Assembly: GCF_054482525.1 (NCBI RefSeq)
Contig: NZ_CM137006.1
Strand: one strand, 5' to 3'
Length of the DNA stretch: 64,000 nt
Shown here: piece after piece, positions 24,201 through 37,197 of the stretch
Layout of the letters: each line of letters opens with the position of its first letter
How positions within the stretch are numbered: the first letter of the stretch is position 1
Notes under the pieces: generated by a model
What the model was told of the DNA's origin: nothing
The model's input: only the letters and a program-made list of their open reading frames with translations
Databases searched by the model: none
Position numbers and translations under genes: made by a program

Positions 24201-24775
24201 ACCCGCTCACACCAGCCGAGTACCCACCACGGCCCCTGCGGACTGTTCGTCGCCAGATAACGATGCGGACTCAGGCGAAGCTCTTCCGGCAGCGCCTGCC
24301 AGAGTGCGGCCAGCCGGTGACCTTCATCCAGTTTCGCCACGCCGCCACGCACCAGCCAGAGTGACTCGCTGCGGCTGTAACCGTCCTCACCGGGAAACAG
24401 GTGCTCAAAATACAGGCTCCTGCCGCCGTTATCACTGAGTATCAGTGTGTTATCGCGCAGCTGTAAGCGGATATCCGCGGGCATTTTCCAGCCGGGGCCG
24501 AGGCTCCCCACCGGCGCGGGCGTTTTTGTCCGGTAACTGCTGTAGGTGCGGGAGAGGATGAACGGCAGCGGGCCGGGCAGGGCAAGGTCGGTTTCGCCGG
24601 GAAGGACCTTCGCACCGAGCAGCGGATTGACCGGATGGCCGGACGTCACCCCGCCGGGGCACACCGAACAGGCCACGCCGGTGGGGGCACCGATGCGCAC
24701 CCCGGCTGAACCCTGAACAATGCTACCGCCATACTGCGTCATGTCGCCCTGACGCGCCGCCGGTTTTCCGCTCAT
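21260..24775 (-). CDS. rhsC: Rhs-family protein, N-terminal domain and YD-repeat core (RhsC-like), truncated by an in-frame TAG
   Basis: 1171-aa [32 protein letters not shown]... with many YD repeats, ending ...CAEYDEWGN; position between ybfA and ybgA matches rhsC. Confidence 0.85.
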
Positions 24776-24963
24776 CTGCTCATCCTTGTTTTATCGGGTT
24801 ATTTGTCTGCTGACAGGCGAAACCCTACAGATTTATAAGAAAGCCTTAAGTGAGATATCCGTCAGATAGAAACAATTAGGAAAATATTTATATATGTTTC
24901 ATGAATATATGTTTCGATTGGTATAACGGTGTCTAAATATTCCTCTGAACATCTTCCTGATAC

Positions 24964-24996
24964 AAAAAAACCGCCAGCGTTTCCGCTGGCGGTTTT
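24964..24996. terminator. Hairpin terminator downstream of ybfA
   Basis: ccgccagcg...cgctggcgg stem flanked by A/T runs. Confidence 0.5.
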
Positions 24997-25018
24997 CAAT
25001 GTATTCAGAACTCAGCAA

Positions 25019-25225
25019 TCAGTAAAAATCACCAGTTGCCTTTTCTGCCTGATCCATCCACACCGGTTTCTCGCTGGTTTTCGACCAGACGCGGTGCAGG
25101 TAGCTGTAAAAGCGGGCGCGGTCTTTCCAGAAAAGCATGAAAGGCAGCGCCAGAACGCCCGCTGCAACCGCATAAGTACGGCGTAAAAAGATAAGCCATG
25201 CAGGATATTCTCTGTAGAGTTCCAT
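25019..25225 (-). CDS. ybfA: DUF2517-family small protein
   Basis: 68-aa ORF upstream of the Rhs gene, as in K-12. Confidence 0.75.
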   Translation of the reverse strand: MELYREYPAWLIFLRRTYAVAAGVLALPFMLFWKDRARFYSYLHRVWSKTSEKPVWMDQAEKATGDFY

Positions 25226-25433
25226 ACTTTTCTCCCCCTTTTGTATCTACCCGGTGAATGGCACCGGAAAAATGAATTTGTTTATCTGATGAAAATAGTA
25301 CCGCCTTTTGTGTAATTTTACTACTCATCCGACCACTTATTTTTGCTTATTGATGGTTTATTTACATTCACCGTGTAATTAAGTTACATGAAAGTTAAAT
25401 TAATACTAATCATTAGTTAAATCATGGCTTTTG

Positions 25434-25464
25434 CCATTTTTATACTTTTTTTACACCCCGCCCG
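25434..25464 (+). promoter_or_regulatory. Probable KdpE operator in the kdpFABC promoter
   Basis: AT-rich tract cattttttatactttttttacaccccgcccg about 75-100 bp upstream of kdpF; resembles the KdpE site as I recall it; coordinates approximate. Confidence 0.5.
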
Positions 25465-25537
25465 CAGATTTTTGCGAAATCTTTGCAGCCAGAATTCTAC
25501 CCTTCCGGTATCACTTTTAGGCCACTGGAGGTGCACT

Positions 25538-25627
25538 GTGAGTGCAGGCGTGATAGCCGGCGTGTTGCTGGTGTTTTTATTACTGGGTTATCTGGTTTAT
25601 GCCCTGATCAATGCGGAGGCGTTCTGA
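25538..25627 (+). CDS. kdpF: K+-transporting ATPase small subunit KdpF
   Basis: 29-aa GTG-initiated [32 protein letters not shown]; stop overlaps the kdpA ATG (ATGA). Confidence 0.85.
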   Translation: MSAGVIAGVLLVFLLLGYLVYALINAEAF

Positions 25628-27300
25628 TGACTGCGCAAGGGTTCTTACTGATCGCCACGTTTTTACTGGTGTTAATGGTGCTGGCACGTCCTTTAGGCAG
25701 CGGGCTGGCGCGGCTGATTAATGACATACCTCTTCCCGGTACAGCGGGTGTTGAACGCGTACTCTTTCGTTTACCTGGCGTCTCTGACAGTGAGATGAAC
25801 TGGAAGCAGTATCTCTGTGCCATTCTCGGCCTGAACATGCTGGGGCTGGCGGTGCTGTTTTTTATGTTGCTCGGTCAGCACTATCTGCCGCTTAATCCAC
25901 AGCAGTTGCCAGGGCTGTCATGGGATCTGGCGCTGAATACCGCCGTCAGCTTTGTCACCAATACCAACTGGCAATCTTATAGCGGTGAAACCACGTTGAG
26001 CTATTTCAGCCAGATGGCGGGCTTAACGGTGCAAAACTTTCTTTCTGCCGCCAGCGGGATTGCGGTGATTTTTGCCCTCATCCGTGCGTTTACCCGCCAG
26101 AGCATGAGCACACTCGGGAATGCCTGGGTCGATCTGCTACGCATCACGTTATGGGTGCTAGTCCCTGTGGCGTTGTTGATCGCACTGTTTTTTATTCATC
26201 AAGGTGCGTTGCAAAACTTTCTGCCCTATCAGGCAGTGAATACCGTTGAAGGAGCGCAACAGCTGTTACCAATGGGTCCGGTGGCTTCTCAGGAAGCGAT
26301 CAAGATGCTCGGCACTAACGGTGGTGGCTTCTTTAATGCCAACTCGTCGCATCCGTTTGAAAACCCAACCGCACTGACCAACTTCGTGCAGATGCTGGCG
26401 ATCTTCTTGATCCCAACAGCGCTGTGCTTTGCCTTTGGTGAAGTGGCGGGCGATCGCCGCCAGGGGCGCATGTTGCTGTGGGCGATGTCAGTGATTTTTA
26501 TCATCTGCACAGGCGTGGTGATGTGGGCAGAAGTTCAGGGTAATCCGCATCTGCTGGCACTGGGCGCGGACAGCAGCATCAATATGGAAGGTAAAGAGAG
26601 TCGTTTCGGCGTGCTGGTCAGTAGCCTGTTTGCGGTCGTGACTACGGCGGCTTCCTGCGGCGCGGTGATTGCGATGCATGATTCGTTTACCGCTCTTGGT
26701 GGCATGGTGCCGATGTGGCTGATGCAAATTGGTGAAGTGGTGTTCGGCGGTGTCGGTTCTGGTCTTTACGGCATGATGCTGTTTGTCCTGCTGGCGGTGT
26801 TTATTGCCGGGCTGATGATTGGTCGTACACCGGAATATCTGGGTAAAAAAATCGACGTACGCGAGATGAAACTGACTGCACTGGCAATTCTGGTTACCCC
26901 GACGCTGGTGCTGATGGGCGCGGCGTTGGCGATGATGACCGACGCCGGACGTAGCGCCATGCTCAACCCTGGCCCGCATGGTTTTAGCGAAGTGCTGTAC
27001 GCCGTGTCATCCGCCGCTAACAACAACGGCAGCGCCTTTGCCGGATTAAGCGCCAACTCTCCGTTCTGGAACTGTTTACTGGCGTTCTGCATGTTTGTCG
27101 GTCGCTTCGGGGTGATTATCCCGGTGATGGCAATTGCCGGTTCGCTGGTGAGTAAAAAGAGCCAACCCGCCAGCTCCGGCACGCTGCCAACGCACGGCCC
27201 GCTGTTTGTTGGCCTGTTAATCGGCACCGTGTTGCTGGTTGGCGCACTGACCTTTATCCCTGCCCTGGCGCTTGGTCCGGTGGCGGAATATCTCTCCTGA
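25627..27300 (+). CDS. kdpA: K+-transporting ATPase subunit A
   Basis: 557 aa from [30 protein letters not shown]; the ORF track extends upstream in frame. Confidence 0.95.
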   Translation: MTAQGFLLIATFLLVLMVLARPLGSGLARLINDIPLPGTAGVERVLFRLPGVSDSEMNWKQYLCAILGLNMLGLAVLFFMLLGQHYLPLNPQQLPGLSWDLALNTAVSFVTNTNWQSYSGETTLSYFSQMAGLTVQNFLSAASGIAVIFALIRAFTRQSMSTLGNAWVDLLRITLWVLVPVALLIALFFIHQGALQNFLPYQAVNTVEGAQQLLPMGPVASQEAIKMLGTNGGGFFNANSSHPFENPTALTNFVQMLAIFLIPTALCFAFGEVAGDRRQGRMLLWAMSVIFIICTGVVMWAEVQGNPHLLALGADSSINMEGKESRFGVLVSSLFAVVTTAASCGAVIAMHDSFTALGGMVPMWLMQIGEVVFGGVGSGLYGMMLFVLLAVFIAGLMIGRTPEYLGKKIDVREMKLTALAILVTPTLVLMGAALAMMTDAGRSAMLNPGPHGFSEVLYAVSSAANNNGSAFAGLSANSPFWNCLLAFCMFVGRFGVIIPVMAIAGSLVSKKSQPASSGTLPTHGPLFVGLLIGTVLLVGALTFIPALALGPVAEYLS

Positions 27301-27322
27301 TGATATTGAGTGAGCACTGAAT

Positions 27323-29371
27323 ATGAGTCGTAAACAACTGGCGCTATTCGAACCAACACTTGTCGTTCAGGCGCTGAAAGAAGCGGTGAAAAAATTAAAC
27401 CCGCAGGCGCAATGGCGCAATCCGGTGATGTTTATCGTCTGGATCGGCAGTCTGCTGACCACCTGTATTAGCATCGCGATGGCAAGCGGTGCGATGCCCG
27501 GCAATGCGCTGTTTAGCGCGGCCATTAGCGGTTGGCTGTGGATCACCGTACTGTTCGCTAATTTCGCCGAGGCGCTGGCAGAAGGCCGCAGTAAAGCGCA
27601 GGCCAACAGTCTGAAAGGGGTGAAAAAAACTGCCTTTGCCCGCAAGCTGCGTGAGCCGAAATATGGCGCTGCGGCGGACAAAGTTCCCGCCGATCAACTG
27701 CGTAAAGGCGATATCGTACTGGTGGAAGCTGGCGATATTATCCCCTGCGATGGTGAAGTCATTGAAGGGGGCGCATCGGTCGATGAAAGCGCCATCACCG
27801 GGGAATCGGCACCGGTGATCCGTGAATCCGGCGGCGATTTTGCCTCCGTCACTGGCGGCACGCGTATTCTTTCTGACTGGCTGGTGATTGAGTGCAGCGT
27901 TAACCCCGGCGAGACATTTCTGGATCGGATGATCGCGATGGTGGAAGGCGCGCAGCGACGCAAAACGCCGAATGAGATTGCCCTGACCATCCTGCTGATT
28001 GCCCTGACTATCGTCTTTTTACTGGCAACCGCCACGCTGTGGCCGTTTTCCGCGTGGGGCGGTAATGCAGTCAGCGTAACGGTACTGGTGGCGCTGCTGG
28101 TCTGTCTGATCCCAACCACTATTGGCGGCCTGTTGTCAGCGATCGGCGTCGCCGGGATGAGTCGGATGCTGGGCGCGAATGTGATTGCCACCAGCGGACG
28201 TGCAGTTGAAGCGGCGGGTGACGTTGACGTCCTGCTGCTGGATAAAACCGGCACCATCACACTCGGTAACCGTCAGGCGTCGGAGTTTATCCCCGCGCAG
28301 GGCGTGGATGAAAAAACGCTGGCCGACGCCGCACAACTGGCTTCGCTGGCTGATGAAACGCCGGAAGGTCGCAGTATTGTGATCCTCGCCAAGCAGCGTT
28401 TTAACCTGCGCGAGCGCGATGTGCAGTCGCTCCACGCAACCTTTGTACCGTTTACTGCGCAAAGCCGGATGAGCGGGATCAACATCGACAACCGCATGAT
28501 CCGTAAAGGTTCTGTCGATGCCATTCGCCGCCATATTGAAGCTAACGGCGGTCACTTCCCTGCCGATGTCGATCAAAAAGTCGATCAGGTTGCGCGTCAG
28601 GGGGCCACGCCGCTGGTGGTGGTGGAAGGTTCCCGTGTGCTGGGCGTTATTGCGCTGAAAGATATCGTCAAAGGCGGTATTAAAGAGCGCTTCGCCCAGC
28701 TGCGCAAAATGGGCATTAAAACGGTGATGATTACCGGCGATAACCGTCTGACTGCCGCCGCCATTGCTGCGGAAGCGGGCGTCGATGATTTTCTCGCCGA
28801 AGCGACACCGGAGGCCAAGCTGGCATTGATTCGTCAGTATCAGGCAGAAGGCCGTTTAGTGGCGATGACCGGCGACGGCACCAACGATGCTCCGGCGCTG
28901 GCGCAGGCAGATGTCGCGGTGGCGATGAACTCCGGTACTCAGGCGGCGAAAGAAGCGGGCAATATGGTGGATCTCGACTCTAACCCGACCAAGTTGATCG
29001 AGGTGGTGCACATTGGCAAACAGATGCTGATGACCCGTGGCTCGCTGACCACCTTCAGCATTGCCAACGATGTGGCGAAATACTTCGCCATTATTCCGGC
29101 GGCATTCGCGGCAACGTATCCACAGTTAAATGCGCTGAACATCATGCGCCTGCATTCGCCCGACTCCGCCATTCTCAGTGCGGTCATTTTCAACGCCTTG
29201 ATTATCGTCTTTTTGATTCCCCTGGCGTTAAAAGGCGTGAGTTATAAACCGCTTACCGCTTCTGCCATGTTGCGCCGTAACTTATGGATTTACGGTCTGG
29301 GTGGGCTGCTGGTGCCATTTATTGGTATCAAAGTCATTGATTTACTGCTGACCGTTTGCGGTCTGGTGTGA
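27323..29371 (+). CDS. kdpB: K+-transporting P-type ATPase subunit B
   Basis: 682 aa; P-type ATPase motifs DKTGTIT and [10 protein letters not shown]. Confidence 0.95.
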   Translation: MSRKQLALFEPTLVVQALKEAVKKLNPQAQWRNPVMFIVWIGSLLTTCISIAMASGAMPGNALFSAAISGWLWITVLFANFAEALAEGRSKAQANSLKGVKKTAFARKLREPKYGAAADKVPADQLRKGDIVLVEAGDIIPCDGEVIEGGASVDESAITGESAPVIRESGGDFASVTGGTRILSDWLVIECSVNPGETFLDRMIAMVEGAQRRKTPNEIALTILLIALTIVFLLATATLWPFSAWGGNAVSVTVLVALLVCLIPTTIGGLLSAIGVAGMSRMLGANVIATSGRAVEAAGDVDVLLLDKTGTITLGNRQASEFIPAQGVDEKTLADAAQLASLADETPEGRSIVILAKQRFNLRERDVQSLHATFVPFTAQSRMSGINIDNRMIRKGSVDAIRRHIEANGGHFPADVDQKVDQVARQGATPLVVVEGSRVLGVIALKDIVKGGIKERFAQLRKMGIKTVMITGDNRLTAAAIAAEAGVDDFLAEATPEAKLALIRQYQAEGRLVAMTGDGTNDAPALAQADVAVAMNSGTQAAKEAGNMVDLDSNPTKLIEVVHIGKQMLMTRGSLTTFSIANDVAKYFAIIPAAFAATYPQLNALNIMRLHSPDSAILSAVIFNALIIVFLIPLALKGVSYKPLTASAMLRRNLWIYGLGGLLVPFIGIKVIDLLLTVCGLV

Positions 29372-29379
29372 GGTTTACC

Positions 29380-29952
29380 ATGCGTGGATTACGTCCGGCA
29401 TTATCGACATTTATCTTTCTGTTATTGATTACTGGCGGCGTTTACCCGCTGCTAACCACCGCGCTGGGGCAATGGTGGTTTCCCTGGCAGGCCAACGGTT
29501 CGTTGATCCGTGAAGGTGATACGGTGCGGGGTTCAGCATTAATCGGGCAGAATTTTACTGGCAACGGCTATTTTCATGGTCGCCCGTCGGCAACGGCAGA
29601 AATGCCCTATAATCCACAGGCTTCTGGCGGGAGCAATCTGGCGGTCAGTAACCCTGAGCTGGATAAACTAATAGCCGCACGCGTTGCTGCATTACGGGCC
29701 GCTAACCCGGATGCCAGCGCGAGCGTTCCGGTTGAACTGGTGACGGCATCGGCAAGCGGGCTGGACAATAACATCACCCCGCAAGCGGCAGCCTGGCAGA
29801 TCCCACGTGTGGCGAAAGCGCGTAATCTCAGCGTTGAACAGCTCACGCAACTGATCGCAAAATACAGCCAACAACCGCTGGTGAAATATATCGGCCAGCC
29901 GGTCGTCAACATTGTCGAACTCAATCTGGCGCTGGATAAGCTTGATGAATAA
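29380..29952 (+). CDS. kdpC: K+-transporting ATPase subunit C
   Basis: 190 aa from [27 protein letters not shown]. Confidence 0.9.
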   Translation: MRGLRPALSTFIFLLLITGGVYPLLTTALGQWWFPWQANGSLIREGDTVRGSALIGQNFTGNGYFHGRPSATAEMPYNPQASGGSNLAVSNPELDKLIAARVAALRAANPDASASVPVELVTASASGLDNNITPQAAAWQIPRVAKARNLSVEQLTQLIAKYSQQPLVKYIGQPVVNIVELNLALDKLDE

Positions 29953-32629
29953 CGAACCCTTACGTCCCGATCCCGATCGTCTGCTGGAACAAACTGCCGC
30001 GCCGCATCGGGGGAAGCTGAAAGTTTTCTTCGGTGCCTGCGCAGGCGTCGGGAAGACCTGGGCGATGCTGGCAGAAGCCCAGCGACTGCGGGCGCAAGGG
30101 CTGGATATTGTGGTTGGCGTGGTAGAAACCCACGGGCGGAAAGATACCGCCGCAATGTTGGAAGGGCTGGCTGTTCTGCCGCCCAAACGCCAGGCGTACC
30201 GTGGGCGGCACATCAGCGAGTTTGATCTCGATGCCGCCCTCGCCCGCCGTCCGGCACTGATCTTAATGGACGAACTGGCGCACAGTAATGCGCCAGGTTC
30301 TCGTCATCCTAAACGCTGGCAGGACATCGAAGAGCTGCTGGAAGCTGGCATTGATGTTTTCACAACCGTCAACGTTCAGCATCTGGAAAGTCTGAATGAT
30401 GTGGTCAGCGGCGTCACCGGAATTCAGGTACGGGAAACCGTGCCCGATCCTTTTTTTGATGCCGCCGACGACGTAGTGCTGGTGGACTTGCCCCCGGACG
30501 ATCTGCGCCAGCGACTGAAAGAAGGCAAAGTCTATATTGCCGGGCAGGCGGAGCGCGCCATTGAACATTTTTTTCGTAAAGGTAATCTGATCGCCCTGCG
30601 CGAACTGGCACTGCGCCGTACTGCCGATCGCGTTGATGAGCAAATGCGCGCCTGGCGGGGGCATCCTGGCGAAGAGAAAGTCTGGCACACGCGCGACGCG
30701 ATCCTTTTATGCATCGGGCATAACACCGGCAGCGAAAAACTGGTCCGCGCGGCGGCGCGGCTGGCGTCACGGCTGGGAAGCGTCTGGCACGCGGTGTATG
30801 TTGAAACCCCTGCCCTGCACCGCTTACCGGAGAAAAAACGTCGGGCAATTCTCAGCGCCTTACGTCTGGCGCAGGAGCTGGGCGCAGAGACGGCAACACT
30901 TTCTGATCCAGCGGAAGAGAAAGCGGTAGTGCGTTATGCCCGTGAACATAATCTCGGCAAGATTATTCTCGGTCGCCCAGCCTCGCGCCGCTGGTGGCGT
31001 CGGGAAACGTTTGCTGACCGACTGGCGCGCATCGCCCCCGATCTCGATCAGGTGCTGGTCGCGCTTGATGAACCACCCGCCCGCACGATTAACAACGCGC
31101 CGGATAGCCGCTCTTTTAAAGACAAGTGGCGGGTACAGATTCAGGGATGCGTGGTTGCCGCCGCGTTATGCGCCGTTATCACCTTAATTGCCATGCAGTG
31201 GCTGATGGCGTTTGATGCCGCCAACCTGGTGATGCTGTATCTGCTTGGCGTGGTGGTGGTGGCACTGTTTTATGGGCGCTGGCCTTCGGTGGTCGCCACC
31301 GTCATTAATGTGGTGAGTTTCGATCTCTTTTTTATCGCCCCACGCGGCACGCTTGCCGTCTCTGATGTGCAATATCTGCTGACCTTCGCGGTGATGTTAA
31401 CCGTCGGGCTGGTGATCGGGAACCTTACTGCGGGCGTGCGTTATCAGGCGCGGGTAGCCCGTTACCGCGAGCAACGCACACGGCACTTATATGAAATGTC
31501 GAAAGCTCTGGCTGTGGGCCGCAGTCCGCAGGACATCGCCGCCACCAGCGAACAATTTATTGCCTCCACGTTTCATGCCCGCAGTCAGGTGCTGTTACCC
31601 GATGACAACGGTAAATTGCAGCCGTTAACACATCCGCAAGGAATGACGCCGTGGGACGATGCCATCGCGCAGTGGAGTTTTGATAAAGGCCTGCCTGCGG
31701 GCGCGGGCACCGACACGTTACCCGGTGTACCGTACCAGATTTTGCCGCTAAAAAGCGGCGAGAAAACCTACGGGCTGGTGGTGGTGGAACCGGGGAATCT
31801 GCGCCAGTTGATGATCCCGGAACAGCAACGCCTGCTGGAGACGTTTACGCTGTTAGTCGCCAATGCCCTTGAGCGGCTGACACTGACCGCCAGCGAAGAA
31901 CAGGCGCGGATGGCAAGCGAACGAGAACAGATCCGCAACGCCCTGCTGGCGGCGCTTTCGCATGATTTACGCACGCCGCTTACGGTGCTGTTCGGTCAGG
32001 CAGAAATCTTAACGCTCGATCTGGCGAGCGAAGGATCGCCCCACGCCCGCCAGGCCAGCGAGATTCGTCAGCATGTGCTGAACACGACCCGACTGGTGAA
32101 TAATCTACTGGATATGGCGCGAATTCAGTCCGGCGGCTTTAATTTGAAGAAAGAGTGGTTAACGCTGGAAGAAGTGGTCGGCAGCGCGCTGCAAATGCTG
32201 GAACCGGGTTTATCGTCGCCCATCAATCTTTCTCTGCCAGAACCGCTGACCTTAATCCACGTTGACGGGCCACTCTTTGAACGGGTGCTGATTAATCTGC
32301 TGGAGAACGCGGTGAAATACGCGGGGGCGCAGGCCGAAATTGGTATCAATGCCCACGTTGAGGGCGAAAATCTACAACTGGATGTCTGGGATAACGGCCC
32401 CGGTCTTCCACCAGGCCAGGAGCAGACGATATTTGATAAGTTTGCTCGCGGGAATAAAGAGTCGGCGGTACCGGGTGTAGGGCTTGGGTTGGCAATTTGT
32501 CGGGCGATAGTGGATGTACACGGCGGCACCATTACCGCATTCAACCGACCGGAAGGTGGTGCCTGTTTTCGTGTTACACTTCCCCAGCAAACAGCCCCTG
32601 AACTTGAAGAATTTCATGAGGATATGTGA
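29945..32629 (+). CDS. kdpD: Sensor histidine kinase KdpD
   Basis: 894 aa from [17 protein letters not shown]-terminal histidine kinase region (HDLRTPL H-box); overlaps the kdpC end. Confidence 0.95.
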   Translation: MNNEPLRPDPDRLLEQTAAPHRGKLKVFFGACAGVGKTWAMLAEAQRLRAQGLDIVVGVVETHGRKDTAAMLEGLAVLPPKRQAYRGRHISEFDLDAALARRPALILMDELAHSNAPGSRHPKRWQDIEELLEAGIDVFTTVNVQHLESLNDVVSGVTGIQVRETVPDPFFDAADDVVLVDLPPDDLRQRLKEGKVYIAGQAERAIEHFFRKGNLIALRELALRRTADRVDEQMRAWRGHPGEEKVWHTRDAILLCIGHNTGSEKLVRAAARLASRLGSVWHAVYVETPALHRLPEKKRRAILSALRLAQELGAETATLSDPAEEKAVVRYAREHNLGKIILGRPASRRWWRRETFADRLARIAPDLDQVLVALDEPPARTINNAPDSRSFKDKWRVQIQGCVVAAALCAVITLIAMQWLMAFDAANLVMLYLLGVVVVALFYGRWPSVVATVINVVSFDLFFIAPRGTLAVSDVQYLLTFAVMLTVGLVIGNLTAGVRYQARVARYREQRTRHLYEMSKALAVGRSPQDIAATSEQFIASTFHARSQVLLPDDNGKLQPLTHPQGMTPWDDAIAQWSFDKGLPAGAGTDTLPGVPYQILPLKSGEKTYGLVVVEPGNLRQLMIPEQQRLLETFTLLVANALERLTLTASEEQARMASEREQIRNALLAALSHDLRTPLTVLFGQAEILTLDLASEGSPHARQASEIRQHVLNTTRLVNNLLDMARIQSGGFNLKKEWLTLEEVVGSALQMLEPGLSSPINLSLPEPLTLIHVDGPLFERVLINLLENAVKYAGAQAEIGINAHVEGENLQLDVWDNGPGLPPGQEQTIFDKFARGNKESAVPGVGLGLAICRAIVDVHGGTITAFNRPEGGACFRVTLPQQTAPELEEFHEDM

Positions 32630-33303
32630 CAAACGTTCTGATTGTTGAAGATGAACAGGCTATTCGTCGCTTTCTGCGCACGGCGCTGGAGGGCGACGGT
32701 ATGCGCGTCTTTGAGGCCGAAACGCTGCAACGCGGCTTGCTGGAAGCGGCAACCCGTAAGCCAGATTTGATTATTCTCGATCTCGGCCTGCCCGATGGCG
32801 ATGGAATTGAGTTTATCCGCGACCTGCGCCAGTGGAGCGCAGTGCCGGTGATTGTGCTTTCCGCACGTAGCGAAGAGAGCGACAAAATCGCCGCGCTGGA
32901 TGCCGGAGCGGATGATTACCTGAGTAAACCATTTGGCATTGGCGAATTGCAGGCCCGTCTGCGCGTCGCTTTACGCCGCCACTCTGCCACCACCACGCCC
33001 GATCCGCTGGTGAAATTTTCCAATGTTACCGTCGATTTAGCGGCTCGAGTGATCCATCGCGGTGAGGAAGAGGTGCATCTCACCCCGATTGAGTTCCGCC
33101 TGCTGGCGGTGTTGCTTAATAATGCGGGAAAAGTGCTCACCCAGCGCCAGCTCCTTAACCAGGTGTGGGGGCCAAACGCGGTCGAACACAGTCATTATTT
33201 GCGTATTTATATGGGGCATCTGCGACAAAAACTGGAACAGGATCCCGCCCGCCCACGCCATTTCATTACTGAAACCGGTATTGGGTATCGGTTTATGCTT
33301 TAG
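32626..33303 (+). CDS. kdpE: Response regulator KdpE (OmpR family)
   Basis: 225 aa; receiver domain (IILDLGLPDGDG) and winged-helix output; start overlaps the kdpD stop. Confidence 0.95.
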   Translation: MTNVLIVEDEQAIRRFLRTALEGDGMRVFEAETLQRGLLEAATRKPDLIILDLGLPDGDGIEFIRDLRQWSAVPVIVLSARSEESDKIAALDAGADDYLSKPFGIGELQARLRVALRRHSATTTPDPLVKFSNVTVDLAARVIHRGEEEVHLTPIEFRLLAVLLNNAGKVLTQRQLLNQVWGPNAVEHSHYLRIYMGHLRQKLEQDPARPRHFITETGIGYRFML

Positions 33304-33313
33304 GGCCTGAATT

Positions 33314-33413
<100 letters not shown>

Positions 33414-33421
33414 TCATAAGT

Positions 33422-33455
33422 AAAAAAGGGCGATCTTCCGACCGCCCTTTTTTAT
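33422..33455. terminator. Bidirectional hairpin terminator (pgm / kdpE)
   Basis: aaaaagggcg...cgccctttttt. Confidence 0.6.
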
Positions 33456-33464
33456 TTAATGTGT

Positions 33465-35105
33465 TTACGCGTTTTTCAGAACTTCGCTAACAATCTCAAC
33501 CGCTTCTTTCTCAATCTGCTTGCGATGTTCTTCCCCGAGGAAGCTTTCACAATAGATCTTATAGGCGTCTTCCGTGCCTGACGGACGCGCGGCGAACCAG
33601 CCGTTGTCAGTCATCACTTTCAGACCGCCGATAGAAGCACCGTTGCCAGGCGCAGCGGTCAGGCGCGCGGTGATCGGGTCACCTGCCAGGGTGCTGGCGC
33701 TCACCATTTCCGGAGACAGTTTAGACAGCGCCGCTTTTTGTGCGGAAGTCGCGGCTGCCTGCAAACGGTTGTAGCTCGGCGCACCAAAGCGTTTTGCCAG
33801 TTCGTTGTAGTGTTCCTGCGGGTTCTTACCGGTGACCGCGGTGATTTCTGCCGCCAACAGACACATAATGATGCCGTCTTTATCGGTGGACCACGGCGTG
33901 CCGTCGAAACGCAGGAAGGAAGCCCCTGCGCTCTCTTCGCCGCCAAAGCCGAAGCTGCCGTCGAACAGACCATCAACAAACCATTTGAAGCCTACCGGGA
34001 CTTCTACCAGCTTACGGCCCAAATCATTAACCACACGGTCGATCATCGCAGATGAAACCAGCGTTTTACCGACAGCAACATCTTTGCCCCACTGCGGACG
34101 GTGCTGGAACAGGTAGTTGATCGCCACCGCCAGGTAGTGGTTCGGATTCATCAAACCTGCCGGAGTGACGATACCGTGACGGTCATAATCCGGGTCGTTA
34201 GCAAACGCCAGATCGAACTTATCACGCAGTGCCAGCAGACCCGCCATCGCACACTCGGAGGAGCAGTCCATACGGATCGCACCGTCTTTATCGAGGTGCA
34301 TAAAGCGGAAGGTTTGATCGACCTGATCGTTAACGATGGTCAGGTTGAGGTTGTAATACTCGCCAATGCGCTTCCAGTATTCGATACCGGAACCGCCCAG
34401 CGGATCAACGCCCAGCGTCAGGCCCGCTTTCTGAATCGCCGCCATATCAACGATATCGGCCAGACCTTCCACAAACGGCTGCACCAGATCCTGCTCTTTC
34501 ACATGACCGGATGCCATCGCTTCGTCGAGGGAGATACGCTTCACACCTTTCAGGCCATCGGCCAGCAGTGCGTTGGCCCTGTCTTCCACCACTTTGGTTA
34601 CGTTGGTATCAGCCGGGCCACCATTTGGCGGATTGTACTTGATACCACCATCTTCCGGCGGGTTATGGGACGGTGTAATCACGATACCGTCTGCCAGCGG
34701 GCCACCTTTTTTATTGTGAACCAGGATGGCATTAGAAACGGCAGGCGTCGGAGTGAAGCCATTGTTTTCCTGCACAATGACATCAACACCGTTCGCTGCC
34801 AGCACTTCCAGTACGGAAATGAACGCAGGCTCGGACAGAGCGTGAGTATCTTTACCCACATAGCAAGGGCCAGTGATGCCGTTTTTCGCACGTTCTTCAG
34901 CAATTGCCTGAGCGATCGCCAGAATGTGCGGCTCGTTAAAGCTGTGGCGCGCTGCACTACCACGGTGACCGGAAGTACCGAATTTCACCGCGTGCTCCGC
35001 ATTCCCTGCTTCTGGTTTCAGTACATAATATTGCGCCGTCAGTTGGGCGACGTTAATCAAATCACTCTGTTGTGCAGGTTGGCCTGCACGATTGTGGATT
35101 GCCAT
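33465..35105 (-). CDS. pgm: Phosphoglucomutase
   Basis: 546 aa from [16 protein letters not shown]; active-site TPSHNP motif. Confidence 0.95.
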
Positions 35106-35130
35106 TGCTTTGTCCTTTGTCTGCAACGTT

Positions 35131-35676
35131 TTAGATAGTTCCGCAAACCTTCTCAATCAATTCCGCCGGGAATTGCATCGACTGCATGATGTGTTCGATC
35201 ATGCTGCATTTACGGCCGGTGTTGGTGTTGGTGATCACCCAATATGGCGTGCCTGGCACATGTTTCGGCTTGGTCTGATTACCATTTTTCAGCAGCGTTT
35301 GTTCATCTGCCGCAAAGTAAACGCGTGTACGACCGTGCAACGATTCCGTGGCCTCGGCAAACGCCTGGGCGTCAAGAGAATATAGTGTAGACAACAGCAG
35401 CATGAAGCGATTGACCGCTCGCTTTTGCTCTGCGTATTCATCCGAAAGCAAAAGTTCACGCATTGCGCGAACCTTGTCTTTAATCGTTTTGACCGGCTTC
35501 GCTTCGACGATAGCAGGTGACGCAACGCGAACCTCTTTCGTCACCGGAGCAGCAGGCTGTGATGCGGCGGAAAATTTCAACATACGCCGTAAAATGTCGG
35601 ATGCGCTCTCGCCGATATGCTTAGTGTGGCTGGCAATATAGCTGTAGAGTTCATCATCAACTTCAATCGTTTTCAT
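35131..35676 (-). CDS. seqA: Replication-initiation negative regulator SeqA
   Basis: 181 aa from [33 protein letters not shown]. Confidence 0.95.
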
Positions 35677-35860
35677 CTTAATCCAGTGCAGTGTCTTAGC
35701 TGAATACAAGTCGCCAGGAGTATATGAATAAATCCCGGCAGCGGATAGCGTCAAGCCTGGCTTGCAGAAAAACTCGGAATAAACCTTATTTGTTGCAGCC
35801 CTGTGGCACAATGGTCAACATAATACCCTAACCCGACAACGCGAAAAAAAGAACTTTGCC

Positions 35861-36625
35861 ATGAAATTGAATATCCGCGCGCAAACTGCACAAAACCAGC
35901 ACAATAATTCTCCCATCGTTCTTGTCCACGGTCTGTTTGGCAGCCTCGACAACCTTGGCGTACTGGCTCGCGATCTGGTAAACGATCACAATATCATCCA
36001 GGTTGATATGCGTAACCACGGTCTTTCACCGAGAGATCCGGTAATGAATTACCCGGCGATGGCCCAGGATCTTGTTGATACCCTGGATGCACTGCAGATC
36101 GACAAAGCAACATTTATCGGTCACTCCATGGGCGGTAAAGCGGTAATGGCACTTACTGCACTGGCCCCCGATCGGATTGACAAGCTGGTGGCAATTGATA
36201 TTGCTCCGGTCGATTATCACGTTCGCCGGCATGATGAGATTTTCGCGGCCATCAATGCAGTCAGTGAATCGGACGCACAAACTCGCCAGCAAGCAGCAGC
36301 AATAATGCGCCAGCATCTTAATGAAGAAGGGGTGATTCAGTTTCTGCTGAAATCTTTTGTTGACGGGGAGTGGCGCTTTAACGTGCCGGTATTGTGGGAT
36401 CAGTATCCGCATATTGTGGGTTGGGAGAAAATCCCGGCATGGGATCACCCTGCCCTGTTTATCCCAGGCGGCAACTCTCCGTATGTTAGCGAGCAGTACC
36501 GTGATGATTTACTGGCACAATTTCCACAGGCACGGGCGCATGTGATTGCAGGCGCGGGTCACTGGGTCCATGCTGAAAAACCGGATGCGGTATTACGCGC
36601 TATCCGTCGCTATCTCAATGATTAA
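35861..36625 (+). CDS. ybfF: Alpha/beta-hydrolase esterase
   Basis: 254 aa with GHSMGG nucleophile elbow. Confidence 0.9.
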   Translation: MKLNIRAQTAQNQHNNSPIVLVHGLFGSLDNLGVLARDLVNDHNIIQVDMRNHGLSPRDPVMNYPAMAQDLVDTLDALQIDKATFIGHSMGGKAVMALTALAPDRIDKLVAIDIAPVDYHVRRHDEIFAAINAVSESDAQTRQQAAAIMRQHLNEEGVIQFLLKSFVDGEWRFNVPVLWDQYPHIVGWEKIPAWDHPALFIPGGNSPYVSEQYRDDLLAQFPQARAHVIAGAGHWVHAEKPDAVLRAIRRYLND

Positions 36626-36764
36626 CGCAACTGATTAAAAACCCAGCGTCCGCGTCGCTTTCCGCGCGCGGGCGTTGGCGTGACTCATCGCGCTGATGTA
36701 TTATGGCGCGCTATCCATCCGGGCAGAGGCCTGGCTGATTGTTTCCCCCGAAGTCACCAAGATC

Positions 36765-37058
36765 ATGGCCAAAGAACAAACGGACCGTACGACATTAGAT
36801 CTGTTCGCGCACGAGCGTCGACCGGGACGACCGAAAACTAATCCGCTTTCGCGCGATGAACAGCTGCGTATTAATAAACGCAACCAGCTAAAACGCGACA
36901 AAGTACGTGGCCTTAAGCGTGTCGAACTGAAGCTGAACGCGGAAGCTGTCGAGGCGCTGAACGAGCTGGCAGAATCGCGCAATATGAGCCGTAGCGAACT
37001 GATCGAAGAGATGTTAATGCAGCAACTGGCGGCGCTGCGTAGTCAGGGCATCGTTTAA
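36765..37058 (+). CDS. ybfE: CopG/ribbon-helix-helix family small protein
   Basis: 97 aa from [29 protein letters not shown]; start choice uncertain. Confidence 0.7.
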   Translation: MAKEQTDRTTLDLFAHERRPGRPKTNPLSRDEQLRINKRNQLKRDKVRGLKRVELKLNAEAVEALNELAESRNMSRSELIEEMLMQQLAALRSQGIV

Positions 37059-37197
37059 ATTTCCACTTTCATGTAGCACAGTGTGCAGTCCTGCTCGTTT
37101 GCTGATTCCGCAAGACTGCCTGTTCTGCTATGATTGCCTTTATCCGTGGGCAATTTTCCACCCCCATTTCAATAAGTTTCAAGAGGTTATTTCACTC

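Noticed and set aside
21239-24438. Several 100-300-aa ORFs on the plus strand inside the Rhs core (e.g. 21239..21733, 21842..22261, 22469..23047, 23735..24364, 24118..24438)
   Set aside because: They are antisense to the YD-repeat core; they are highly Arg/Pro/Ala-rich with no start context and reflect the high GC of the rhs core.
24776-25018. Possible promoter-associated short direct repeat (atatgtttc, twice) upstream of the Rhs gene
   Set aside because: It is too short and AT-rich to distinguish from chance, and no further periodic structure is present.
34101-35138. 345-aa plus-strand ORF antisense to pgm, and similar antisense ORFs in nagE (43418..44344), nagC (46925..47767), glnS (41335..42177) and gltA (4733..5278, 5363..5821)
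   Set aside because: All lie inside confidently identified genes on the opposite strand and have no recognisable protein features.
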